Positions 1 to 8,266 of a DNA stretch of 64,000 nt are shown in pieces. The stretch comes from an uncultured Spirochaetota bacterium. GTDB taxonomy: Bacteria; Spirochaetota; Spirochaetia; SZUA-6; Fen-1364. A program made the position numbers and the translations under genes. Every line of letters starts with the position of its first letter. Within the stretch, counting starts at the first letter, position 1. Location of the stretch: positions 722,339-786,338 of the forward strand of contig CAWJSK010000012.1 in assembly GCA_963845535.1 (NCBI GenBank), written 5' to 3'. The notes below the pieces were generated by a model. The model made no database searches. It worked only from the letters and a program-made list of their open reading frames with translations, and was not told the DNA's origin.

Positions 1-342
1 CGCGAACTGGTTTTCGAGCTTCTTGTACTGGGCAACGGTCAAGGACGGCTTCCGCCTTTCATTCTTACGTTCCTCTATCTTGTATCGTTATTATCGGCGC
101 GATATTCGCCATGAATGGGCCATGAATATCTCATAATTTTCTGTTATACGCGACATTGCGTGCAGAGCCGTTGCGAGTCAAGCCCTGTACTCGGACCTCT
201 TGAGCTCCGGGGCACGTGTGAAAAGCCTTCGCAGAAAAGCGGCGGCGTGAAAATATTGCACAGCGGAAAACCCGCACGTACGCGTTTTTGCCGAGAACTG
301 CCCTGAATTTGGTCTCGAAGTGGTCGATTTCTATCCCAACCC

Positions 343-358
343 TGGCACGGTCCTTGCA
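343..358 (+). promoter_or_regulatory. sigma54 (RpoN) -24/-12 promoter for the gene starting at 392
   Basis: TGGCAC-ggtcc-TTGCA (343-348 / 354-358) is an exact match to TGGCAC-N5-TTGCA with GG-N10-GC spacing. AGGAGG 381-386 and ATG 392 lie just downstream. A sigma54 activator gene sits at 2363-3679. Confidence 0.8.
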
Positions 359-391
359 TTACTTGCTAGCAACAAATGCAAGGAGGCCACT

Positions 392-944
392 ATGGCTAAG
401 AAACTTATCATGGTCCTTATGGCGCTCTCACTGGCAACCGCGGCTTTTGCCAACGGCCAGAACGAGCAGGGCCCGGGCGGGGCATTCCATGGCGACAAGG
501 TCACCCTCAAGGGCACCGTGTCCCTTCAGAGCTTCCCGCAGACAATCCTCAAGGTGGGAGACAAGGAATACCTGTTGATGGTTCCACCCTATCTGGTCGA
601 ACAGTCCGGAGTGAAGGAAGGGGCACAGGTAACAGTGCAGGGCTACCAGATGAACTACCTCCCGCGGTACGGATCGTCGGCGAACGACAAGAACCTGACC
701 GGCCTTTTCGTCACCCATGGCCACGGTTGGGGGAAAAGACTATGACTTGTCCAACTACGGCCCAGGGTACGGCCCCCGCGGGTATGGCCCGGGTTACGGG
801 ATGATGGGCGGCTACGGACAGGGCTATGGCCCTGGCTACGGAATGATGGGCGGCTACGGACCCGGCGGTGGTTATGGCCGAGGCTACGGGATGATGGGCG
901 GTTATGGGGCGGGCTATGGCCCCGGCGCATGGTGCTGGGATTGA
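392..944 (+). pseudogene. Secreted small protein with a Gly/Tyr/Met-rich repeat tail; reading frame changes near 715-725 (frameshift, assembly error or recoding)
   Basis: RBS AGGAGG plus ATG 392, then signal peptide MAKKLIMVLMALSLATAAFA. ORF 320..745 stops at 745. Overlapping ORF 717..944 has no RBS or signal peptide and continues the same strand pattern (KVGDKEYLL earlier, TVGGKDYDL after the shift). A terminator follows at 978-1003. Confidence 0.6.
780..911 (+). repeat. Three in-frame tandem repeats of about 42-48 nt encoding GYG(P/R)GYGMMGGYGx
   Basis: Translation of 717..944 reads GYGPGYGMMGGYGQ / GYGPGYGMMGGYGPGG / GYGRGYGMMGGYGA, with partial units on both sides. Confidence 0.85.
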
Positions 945-977
945 TTCCCCGCTCCTCGCCCAAAGCGATTCTCTTCA

Positions 978-1003
978 GGGCCAGCGCGTGCTGGCCCTTT
1001 TTT
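978..1003 (+). terminator. Rho-independent terminator
   Basis: Stem-loop GGGCCAGC-gcgt-GCTGGCCC (978-997) followed by TTTTTT (998-1003). Confidence 0.8.
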
Positions 1004-1028
1004 GTTCAGGGAGATATCCTTGTCGCGA

Positions 1029-2366
1029 ATGAATGCATCCTCTCGTGAAACGAGATTCCTCGTTGCAGCATTCCTGGCGCTCTTCGTGGGCCTGGGCATT
1101 CTCTCCGTCTTTTTATTGACCGGGGAATCCGGCAAGGCCCAGATACTCGTGGAATACGAGGCTGACCGAATTGCGTCGACTTTGGCGGACTCCTATCGCG
1201 CGGATGGCTCGCTTGACCAGGACAAACTCGATCCGAGGATCAGGGGGTTCGGATTATATGATCCCAACGGCGACTCCCTGGCTCGCGTCGGAGACGCCCC
1301 CGCTTCGTTCGACCTGGGAGACCCGCGTCCTGGGTTCAGCTACAACTCTGCACAGGAGCTTCTCACGCTCCAGCGAATCTTCGGCATGGGCCCCGGGATG
1401 ATGGGGCCGGATCCAGAGCAAGGCCCGGAGGCCCCCATGATGGGCAGCGGCATGATGGGCCGCATGATGGGCGGCTCTCACGGGCCGTGGTCGTCAGGGC
1501 AATCGCGGCTGTTCGGGCAACCGCCCCACGGAATGCTTCACGGGCCGGCCGGGGCGCTTTTCCTCACCATGGACATCTCCGCGTACTATCGTTCCCAGCT
1601 CCTTTACAAAACCGCGGCCGTGGCGGCGCCGCTTTTGGTTGCCGGAATTGCCTCGCTGTTCTTCTTCCTCTTGTTCAGCAATCTCCGTCAAAGACGCCGA
1701 ACACAGGAACAGGAGACCCTGGCCAGGCTGGGGGAGAGCGCGCGGACCCTCGCCCATGAGATCAGAAACCCCCTCAGTGCCATTCGGATCCAGTCCGGAC
1801 TCCTGCGCAGGAAGATGCCCGGCGAAGCTTCCGCCCAGCTTGACGCAATCGATGAGGAAGTGGAAAGGCTTTCGCTTCTGTCTCGCCGGGTGGGTGACTT
1901 CCTGAAGAACCCTCGAGGCGACCCTCAGAGGATCTTCCTGCATGAGTTCCTGGCGGAGTTGGCGGAGAAGTTGCCCATGCCCGTGGCATATTCCGCGGGA
2001 GCCGGGGTCCAGGAGTTGACGGTGAGCTTTGACCGCGACCTTCTGCGCTCCGCCGTGGAAAATCTGGTTCGTAACGCGCAGGAGAGCTACCCGGATGAGG
2101 ACGGCGGCCGCGACGTGGAGCTTGCGCTCCTGCGGGAAAAGGCATCGACCGTCATTGCGATACGGGACCGCGGGAAAGGAATCCCTCCTGAGCTGCGGGA
2201 GAAAGTGTTCGACCCGTTTTTCACCGACAAGGTGCATGGCTCGGGCGTCGGGCTGTCCCTTTCACGCAGGCTTATCGAAGCTGCCGGCGGCACCCTCACT
2301 CTCGTTGCCCGAAACGGGGGCGGCACCGAAGCCCGCATAACCTTCCCGGCGCGGATTGCAGCATGA
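1029..2366 (+). CDS. Membrane sensor histidine kinase (ZraS/AtoS-like) with a Met/Gly-rich periplasmic loop
   Basis: N-terminal TM helix, periplasmic region and second TM helix. H-box LAHEIRNPLSAI; ATPase boxes DRGKGIP and GSGVGLSLSRRLIEAAGG. The first ATG is 1029; the ORF-track start 1002 is a TTG inside the terminator T-run. Confidence 0.85.
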   Translation: MNASSRETRFLVAAFLALFVGLGILSVFLLTGESGKAQILVEYEADRIASTLADSYRADGSLDQDKLDPRIRGFGLYDPNGDSLARVGDAPASFDLGDPRPGFSYNSAQELLTLQRIFGMGPGMMGPDPEQGPEAPMMGSGMMGRMMGGSHGPWSSGQSRLFGQPPHGMLHGPAGALFLTMDISAYYRSQLLYKTAAVAAPLLVAGIASLFFFLLFSNLRQRRRTQEQETLARLGESARTLAHEIRNPLSAIRIQSGLLRRKMPGEASAQLDAIDEEVERLSLLSRRVGDFLKNPRGDPQRIFLHEFLAELAEKLPMPVAYSAGAGVQELTVSFDRDLLRSAVENLVRNAQESYPDEDGGRDVELALLREKASTVIAIRDRGKGIPPELREKVFDPFFTDKVHGSGVGLSLSRRLIEAAGGTLTLVARNGGGTEARITFPARIAA

Positions 2367-3679
2367 GAGTCCTCATCGCGGATGATGAAAAGAACATCCG
2401 GGATTCGATTGCGGCCTTCATCGCCTCAGAAGGCTTGGAGACAGCCGTTGCCGCTGACGGCGCGGAAGCCAGGGCGCTGCTTGAAAATGAGGCATTCGAT
2501 TGTCTGATCCTCGACCTGCGAATGCCGAAAATGGACGGCCTCGCGGTCCTGGCGTGGCTGCAGGAAGCCGGGCCGCGGATGCCGGTGATCGTCATTTCCG
2601 CCTACGGGGACGTGCGGGACGCAGTCCAAGCCATGAAGCTCGGCGCAAAAGACTACCTGGTCAAGCCGTTCGACCCTGAGGAGCTGGTCCTGCGGGTGCG
2701 TCGCGCGCTGTCGGAGAACGCCCTCGCCGGGCAGGCTGAGGCAGGGCGGCGCGCAATGGCCGCGGGAAGCTGGATCGGCGAGGACGAAAAGATGAAAGCC
2801 GTCCGCTCCCTCGCGGAGAAGGTGGCGCCCACCTCCTCCACCGTGCTGATCACGGGAGAAAGCGGCACCGGAAAGGAAGTGGTGGCCCGCCTGCTGCACG
2901 CGCTCTCCGCCAACCCTGACGGACCGTTTGTCGCCATCAACGTCGGCGGCGTGCCGGAGGCCCTGCTGGAATCGGAGCTGTTCGGCCACGAAAAAGGGGC
3001 GTTCACCGGGGCCACTGAGCGCAAACGCGGCATGTTCGAGCTTGCCTCATCAGGGACGCTTTTTCTCGATGAGATCGGCGACATGCCCATGCACCTGCAG
3101 GTCAAGCTTCTGCGCGTGCTGCAGGAGAGGAAAGTCCAGCACCTGGGCAGCACGCAGGCAATCCCCATCAACGCGCGGATCATCGCCGCGACGAACAGGG
3201 AGCTGGAGAAGCAGCTCTCCGAGGGCACCTTCCGCGAGGACCTGTACTACCGCCTCAACGTGATCCGCATCGACGTACCGCCCCTGCGGGAAAGGCGCGG
3301 TGACATCCCGGCCCTTGCGGGTTTCTTTGTGGAGAAGCTCAACCGCCAGGTGGGGCGCAAAATGCGCGGGTTCGAGCCGGAAGCGCTGGCCCGCCTCTCA
3401 GCGTACAGTTTCCCGGGGAATGTGCGCGAGCTGGAGAACGCAGTCGAACGGGCGTACATCCTGAGCTCGGGAGAGCTCATCAGCGCGCGGGACCTGGGCG
3501 CGCCGTTCTCCCGCGCCGAGCGCGTTCCAAAAACCGGCAAGCTGCGGGACCAGGAGAGGGAGCTCATCGAAAAGACCCTTGCCCGCCACGGCGGGAACCG
3601 CACTCACGCCGCGCAGGAGCTGGGAATCAGCCGCAGGACCCTCATCAACAAGATCAAGGAAGCCGGCCTGGAGGGCTGA
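2363..3679 (+). CDS. Sigma54-dependent response regulator (NtrC/ZraR family)
   Basis: REC domain (RVLIADDE, LILDLRMPKMDG). AAA+ domain with GESGTGKE Walker A and the ESELFGHEKGAFTGA sigma54-contact loop. C-terminal Fis-type HTH AAQELGISRRTLINKIK. The start overlaps the kinase stop. Confidence 0.92.
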   Translation: MRVLIADDEKNIRDSIAAFIASEGLETAVAADGAEARALLENEAFDCLILDLRMPKMDGLAVLAWLQEAGPRMPVIVISAYGDVRDAVQAMKLGAKDYLVKPFDPEELVLRVRRALSENALAGQAEAGRRAMAAGSWIGEDEKMKAVRSLAEKVAPTSSTVLITGESGTGKEVVARLLHALSANPDGPFVAINVGGVPEALLESELFGHEKGAFTGATERKRGMFELASSGTLFLDEIGDMPMHLQVKLLRVLQERKVQHLGSTQAIPINARIIAATNRELEKQLSEGTFREDLYYRLNVIRIDVPPLRERRGDIPALAGFFVEKLNRQVGRKMRGFEPEALARLSAYSFPGNVRELENAVERAYILSSGELISARDLGAPFSRAERVPKTGKLRDQERELIEKTLARHGGNRTHAAQELGISRRTLINKIKEAGLEG

Positions 3680-3744
3680 GGCTCGCACGCCGCATTGGAG
3701 TGGAAGGCCGCGTCGCCCACGGCGCAGGTTCCTCCTCCGTGGCG

Positions 3745-4164
3745 TCAGCCCTCGCGGATGGTGATCTTCGTCTCTATAGGTCCCGCGTTCCGCACGGTGG
3801 CCGCAACAGAGCAATACTTGGTCTGGCTCAGCTCCACCGCCCGCTCCACGGCTTCACGGTCAATCCCCTTGCCCGTCACGATGTACTCGATTTCAAACCG
3901 TGTAAGGGATCGGGGGTGCTCCTCCGCCTGGTCGCCATGGGTCTTCACCTCGAATGCGGTGACCTGTTGGCGTTTCTTTTCCAGGATGGAGATCACGTCC
4001 ATTGCCGTGCAGCCCGCCAGTCCCACCAGGACCAGCTCCAGGGGCCGAAACCCGTCGTTATCACCGCCCACCTTGGGGCTGGCGCCCAAGGGAAGGGAGA
4101 AATTGCTCGTGAGCCCTGTGCCGGTAAAGCTCATCCCTTTCTTCCACACCACAGACGCATCCAT
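3745..4164 (-). CDS. osmC: OsmC/Ohr family peroxiredoxin-like protein
   Basis: GFRPLELVLVGLAGCTAMDV and KYCSVAATV supply the two conserved Cys. ATG at 4164 overlaps the upstream stop (TGATG). Confidence 0.8.
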   Translation of the reverse strand: MDASVVWKKGMSFTGTGLTSNFSLPLGASPKVGGDNDGFRPLELVLVGLAGCTAMDVISILEKKRQQVTAFEVKTHGDQAEEHPRSLTRFEIEYIVTGKGIDREAVERAVELSQTKYCSVAATVRNAGPIETKITIREG

Positions 4165-4730
4165 CACGGAGCCTCCGTTTCCTCGTTGAGGTAATCCCCC
4201 ACTGTCCCCCCGGTGATCGAGACGAGCTGGTCGAAGGTCATCGGGACTCCCGAACAATCCGTTCCCGCGGCGGGGTAGATCATCTTGTACTGCGACAGAC
4301 CTGAGTCGATGAAAATGCGGATTGCGCCGTCAATCCCGAATGGGCAGACGCCGCCGGGCCCGAAGCCGGTTGCGGCAAGGGCTTCGTCCGCGCTCGCCAT
4401 CCGGGACTTGACCCCCGTGACTGCCTTGAGCTTTGCGGAGGAAAGACGGCGGTCTCCGGGAGCTATGACCATGAAGACCTTGCCGTTCTTGCCCATGAAC
4501 AGGAGGGATTTTGCGATCTGCCCCACCGACACGCCGAGCTGCTGCGCCGCAAGAACTGAGGTGGCGGTGCTGCCTGCCTCGAACTCAGTCGCTCGCAACC
4601 CGTGCGCGTCGAGCACGGCGCGAACCTTGTCTGGAATCATGATTGAGTCTACGAGAGACACCCCCGGATCGTCAACATCCGGCATCTCACCAAAGTCCGG
4701 CATCTGATTTGACTGAATGCCGGTGAACAC
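4164..4730 (-). CDS. YbaK/EbsC-type aminoacyl-tRNA deacylase domain protein
   Basis: QIAKSLLFMGKNGKVFMVIAPGDRRLSSAKL and GGVCPFG motifs. Start uncertain: GTG 4730 or ATG 4640. Confidence 0.7.
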   Translation of the reverse strand: MFTGIQSNQMPDFGEMPDVDDPGVSLVDSIMIPDKVRAVLDAHGLRATEFEAGSTATSVLAAQQLGVSVGQIAKSLLFMGKNGKVFMVIAPGDRRLSSAKLKAVTGVKSRMASADEALAATGFGPGGVCPFGIDGAIRIFIDSGLSQYKMIYPAAGTDCSGVPMTFDQLVSITGGTVGDYLNEETEAP

Positions 4731-4775
4731 ATACCTTTGTCAGTCGAGGGCAGCAACAACAAGAAAGGACCCAGC

Positions 4776-5498
4776 ATGGCAAGCCTGATCGAGCCCACGT
4801 GCGACAAGAAAGTGACGAAGGAAGAACTCTTGAAGAAGATGAAAGGCAAGCCTGACTTCATCCTTGAGGATCACTACTGCAAAGGAGTGGGCGCCTACTG
4901 CCTGGACGATGACCTGTGCGTGCAGATGGTGGCAAGCGCCAAGCTTCCGACGCGCTTCGGCACCTTCACGCTGTACGGGTTCTTCGACAGTCGGGATGAG
5001 AAGGAGCACACGGCTATCGTGCAAGGCGACGTATCCGGAAAAGAGCGGGTGCCGCTTCGCGTGCATTCCGAGTGCCATACCGGCGACGTGTGGGGATCCC
5101 TGCGCTGCGACTGCCGCGACCAGCTTGAAGCCGCAACGAAGTTCATCTCACGCCAGCCCTTCGGCGCGGTGATCTACCTCAAGCAGGAAGGCCGCGGCAT
5201 CGGCCTTCTGAACAAGATCAAGGCCTATCAGCTCCAGGACCTCGGGCTGGACACCGTGGAGGCCAACCAGTTCCTGAACATGCCCGTGGATGCGCGCGAC
5301 TACAAAGTTGCCGCCAGGATCATCCAGCTCCTGAAGATCCGATCCGTCTCGCTTCTCACGAACAACCCTGACAAGATCGAGCAGCTCAAGGCGGAGGGGA
5401 TAGACGTGGCGGACAGGATCCCCATCGTGATCCCTTCCAACAGCTATGATGAGGACTACCTGGACGTGAAGAAACGCAAGATGGGACACCTAATCTGA
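4776..5498 (+). CDS. ribA: GTP cyclohydrolase II
   Basis: RVHSECHTGDVWGSLRCDCRDQL and YLKQEGRGIGLLNKIKAYQLQDLGLDTVEAN. First ATG at 4776 with AAAGGA upstream. Confidence 0.9.
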   Translation: MASLIEPTCDKKVTKEELLKKMKGKPDFILEDHYCKGVGAYCLDDDLCVQMVASAKLPTRFGTFTLYGFFDSRDEKEHTAIVQGDVSGKERVPLRVHSECHTGDVWGSLRCDCRDQLEAATKFISRQPFGAVIYLKQEGRGIGLLNKIKAYQLQDLGLDTVEANQFLNMPVDARDYKVAARIIQLLKIRSVSLLTNNPDKIEQLKAEGIDVADRIPIVIPSNSYDEDYLDVKKRKMGHLI

Positions 5499-6731
5499 AG
5501 GCTGAAGCTCCCCTGCCGCCTTTGCAATCCTCTCCATGGCTTCTTCGGTGAGCTCCCGCGTGTTGAAGGCGCTCATGCGGACGTAGCCTTCTCCGCACCT
5601 CCCGAAGCCGCTTCCCGGCGTGATCACCACCGCGGCTTTTGCGAGCAGCCTGTCGAAGAAGCTCCACGAATCTCCGCCTACCATTGCCCAGACGTACGGG
5701 GAGTTTTCCCCTCCAATGCAGGGAAACCCGAGCGCGTCCATCTTCTGGCGGATGAGACGGGCGTTGCCGAGGTAATAGTCCGAGAGGCCGCGCGTCTCCT
5801 TCTTGCCCTCCGGGGTGAAGACAGCCGCGGCGGCGCGCTGCACGGGATAGGAGACCCCGTTGAGCTTGGTGGACTGGCGGCGTGACCACATGGCGTGGAG
5901 GGAGTGCTCCTTCCCGTCCGAATCCCAGGCCATGCACGTTTTGGGCACCACCGTGTAGGCGCAACGCGTCCCGGTAAAGCCGGCGGTCTTGGAGAAGCTT
6001 CGAAACTCGATTGCGCACTCCCGAGCGCCAGGGATTTCATAGATGGAATGCGGGATGGATTCGTCCCGAATGAAGGAGACATACGCTGCGTCGTACAGGA
6101 TGAGAGCCTTCGCCGCCCGGGCGTAGTCCACCCACGCGGCAAGCCGCGCGCGGTCAATGGTCGCCCCGGTGGGGTTATTGGGGAAGCACAGGTAGATCAA
6201 GTCCACGCGGGACTTGGGCGGATCAGGGATGAACCCGTTGTCTTCCGTGCAGTCGAGGTAGATCAGCCCGGAATACCTGCCGTCCCGGTAGGCTCCCGTG
6301 CGGCCTGCCATGACGTTGGTGTCCACGTAAACCGGGTATACCGGGTCAGGGATGGCAATCCTGATGTCGCCGGCAAAAAGCTCCTGGATATTGGCCGTGT
6401 CGGACTTGGCCCCGTCACTGATCGCTATCTCATCAGCGCTGATGTCCGCGCCGCGCGCCTTGAAGTCGTTCTCCGCGATTGCCGCACGCAGAAAATCGAA
6501 CCCGAGGTCGGGCGGATAACCGCGAAAAGTCTGTGCGCTTCCCAGCTCCTCCACCGCCTGGCGGAATGCCTTCACGATGGCGGGCGTCAGAGGAAGCGTC
6601 ACGTCGCCGACCCCCAGGCTTATCACCTTCGCGTCCGCCCGCTGCTCCTTGAACGCCGCGACCCGCCGGGAGATCTCGCTGAAAAGATACGATGAGGACA
6701 GCTTCGGGTAGTTGGGGTTGATCCGGATCAT
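5490..6731 (-). CDS. dapL: LL-diaminopimelate aminotransferase
   Basis: N-terminus MIRINPNYPKLSSSYLFSEI; PLP-lysine context SFSKTAGFTGTRCAY; 413 aa. Confidence 0.88.
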   Translation of the reverse strand: MIRINPNYPKLSSSYLFSEISRRVAAFKEQRADAKVISLGVGDVTLPLTPAIVKAFRQAVEELGSAQTFRGYPPDLGFDFLRAAIAENDFKARGADISADEIAISDGAKSDTANIQELFAGDIRIAIPDPVYPVYVDTNVMAGRTGAYRDGRYSGLIYLDCTEDNGFIPDPPKSRVDLIYLCFPNNPTGATIDRARLAAWVDYARAAKALILYDAAYVSFIRDESIPHSIYEIPGARECAIEFRSFSKTAGFTGTRCAYTVVPKTCMAWDSDGKEHSLHAMWSRRQSTKLNGVSYPVQRAAAAVFTPEGKKETRGLSDYYLGNARLIRQKMDALGFPCIGGENSPYVWAMVGGDSWSFFDRLLAKAAVVITPGSGFGRCGEGYVRMSAFNTRELTEEAMERIAKAAGELQPSD

Positions 6732-6817
6732 GCAACCTTATACCCGCCGCGTTCCCGCGGTGTCAAGGAAAGGATGGCGGGTTGAGGGCAGGGCGAGTTT
6801 TGTGTACCTTATATACC

Positions 6818-7342
6818 ATGGAAAAACTCCGCTACCCAATAGGGAAGTTCAGCTTCGATGCCGACATCACCCCTGAAAAAAGATCAGCGTGGATACGGGA
6901 TATCGAGAACCTTCCCCGGGAGCTGCGCCGCGCTTTGTCCGGCCTGTCCCCTTCCCAGCTCGACACCCCCTACCGCGACGGCGGGTGGACCGTTCGGCAG
7001 CTTGCGCACCACATTGCCGACAGCCATATGAACGCCTTCATCCGCTGGAAGCTCGCTTTGACGGAGTCCAGCCCCACCATCAAGCCATACGACCAGGATG
7101 AGTGGGTGACCACCGCGGACGTGACAAGCGCGGACGTCGAGCCGTCCCTTGCCCTCCTGGAAGGGCTTCATGCCCGGTGGGTCCGCCTCGTTGCCTCCCT
7201 TTCGCCTTCGGACTTCGCGCGGGCCTTCAACCACCCCGAAAGCGGGATGCAGACGCTGGACCGCCAGCTTCAGCTCTACGCCTGGCACTGCCGTCATCAC
7301 GTTGCGCACATCGTTTCCCTGAGAGAAAGAAAGGACTGGTAA
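6818..7342 (+). CDS. DinB/YfiT family metal-dependent protein
   Basis: VRQLAHHIADSHMNAF and YAWHCRHHVAHI form the His triad pattern of the DinB fold. Confidence 0.75.
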   Translation: MEKLRYPIGKFSFDADITPEKRSAWIRDIENLPRELRRALSGLSPSQLDTPYRDGGWTVRQLAHHIADSHMNAFIRWKLALTESSPTIKPYDQDEWVTTADVTSADVEPSLALLEGLHARWVRLVASLSPSDFARAFNHPESGMQTLDRQLQLYAWHCRHHVAHIVSLRERKDW

Positions 7343-7354
7343 CTTCACATCCAT

Positions 7355-8266
7355 ATGAAATCACCCAAACAAGTCGGACTTGAAAACGAGATCCGCTCCC
7401 GCCTGAGCGGCGTCCCAAGAGCGGCCGCGGACATCCTCCTGGATGACCAGGAGGTCCAGCATCTTCAGGAATATGCGAACGTCGTCTCCATAAAAAGGCT
7501 GGGATACAACGACCACGGACCGGTGCACATGCGCACCGTCGTGCTCAACGCCCTCGTCATGGCGGAGCTGATGCACGGCGCGGGCATCCCTCTCAGCCTG
7601 GAGTCGGATGACGCGGGCACCTACGAGGACAGCCTTGTGGCCCTCCTCCTGGCGGGCATGCTGCATGACGTCGGCATGTCCATTGGCCGCGCCGATCATG
7701 AGCACGACGGAGTGTGGATTTCCCTCCCCATCATGGACAGGGTCCTTGCCCGGCTCTATGGGGATGACGTGGGGCGCCGCGTCGTGGTGCGCTCCCTGGC
7801 GGTGGAGTGCATTGTGGGCCATATGGCCACCCAGCGGGTCCACTCCCTGGAGGCGGGCCTGATCCTCATTGCTGACGGATGTGACATGGAGAAAGGCCGC
7901 GCCCGAATTCCCATGATGATCGCAACCGAATCTCGAGTGGGTGACATCCACAAGTACTCGGCTTCCGCCATCGAGAACGTCAGCATTGAGCGGGGGGCCG
8001 AGCGGCCCATCCGCATCACCGTGGAAATGAAAGCCACCGTGGGCTTCTTCCAGGTGGAGGAAGTGCTCCTGCACAAGATCGACTGGAGCCCGGCAAAACC
8101 GTTCATCGAGCTGTACGCGGGAATCATCGGAAAGAAGCTCAAGTGCTACCTGGGGTGCGCTGGGGCGGGCGCCGGAGGCCATGCGGGTGCAGGCGCCGGG
8201 GCCCATGCCGCAAAAGCTGGGAACGGCGCGCCTCAAAACGCTAGGCGCGCGGCAGGGAGATCGTGA
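7355..8266 (+). CDS. HD-domain phosphohydrolase
   Basis: GPVHMRTV and LLAGMLHDVGMS (HD motif). The Gly/Ala-rich C-terminal tail overlaps the convergent gene. Confidence 0.7.
   Translation: MKSPKQVGLENEIRSRLSGVPRAAADILLDDQEVQHLQEYANVVSIKRLGYNDHGPVHMRTVVLNALVMAELMHGAGIPLSLESDDAGTYEDSLVALLLAGMLHDVGMSIGRADHEHDGVWISLPIMDRVLARLYGDDVGRRVVVRSLAVECIVGHMATQRVHSLEAGLILIADGCDMEKGRARIPMMIATESRVGDIHKYSASAIENVSIERGAERPIRITVEMKATVGFFQVEEVLLHKIDWSPAKPFIELYAGIIGKKLKCYLGCAGAGAGGHAGAGAGAHAAKAGNGAPQNARRAAGRS

Noticed and set aside
1-110. A possible minus-strand gene start at the window edge (..ERKNERRKPSLTVAQYKKLENQFA) with GAGGAA followed by an ATG in a neighbouring frame.
   Set aside because: Only about 25 codons are visible, there is no in-frame canonical start, and the family cannot be assigned. 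It might be yet another frame-shifted start.
218-290. Phased A-tracts (GTGAAAAG, CAGAAAAG, GTGAAAAT, GCGGAAAAC) and a CGTACG palindrome upstream of the first sigma54 promoter, possible activator or IHF sites.
   Set aside because: There is no clear dyad symmetry, the spacing (about 15 nt) is not helical, and a binding site cannot be supported without data.
4731-4775. Riboswitch candidates (FMN upstream of ribA, Moco upstream of modA at 31262-31300, lysine upstream of dapL at 6732-6817).
   Set aside because: These intergenic spaces are only 40-85 nt, too short for those aptamers, and no conserved cores were seen.
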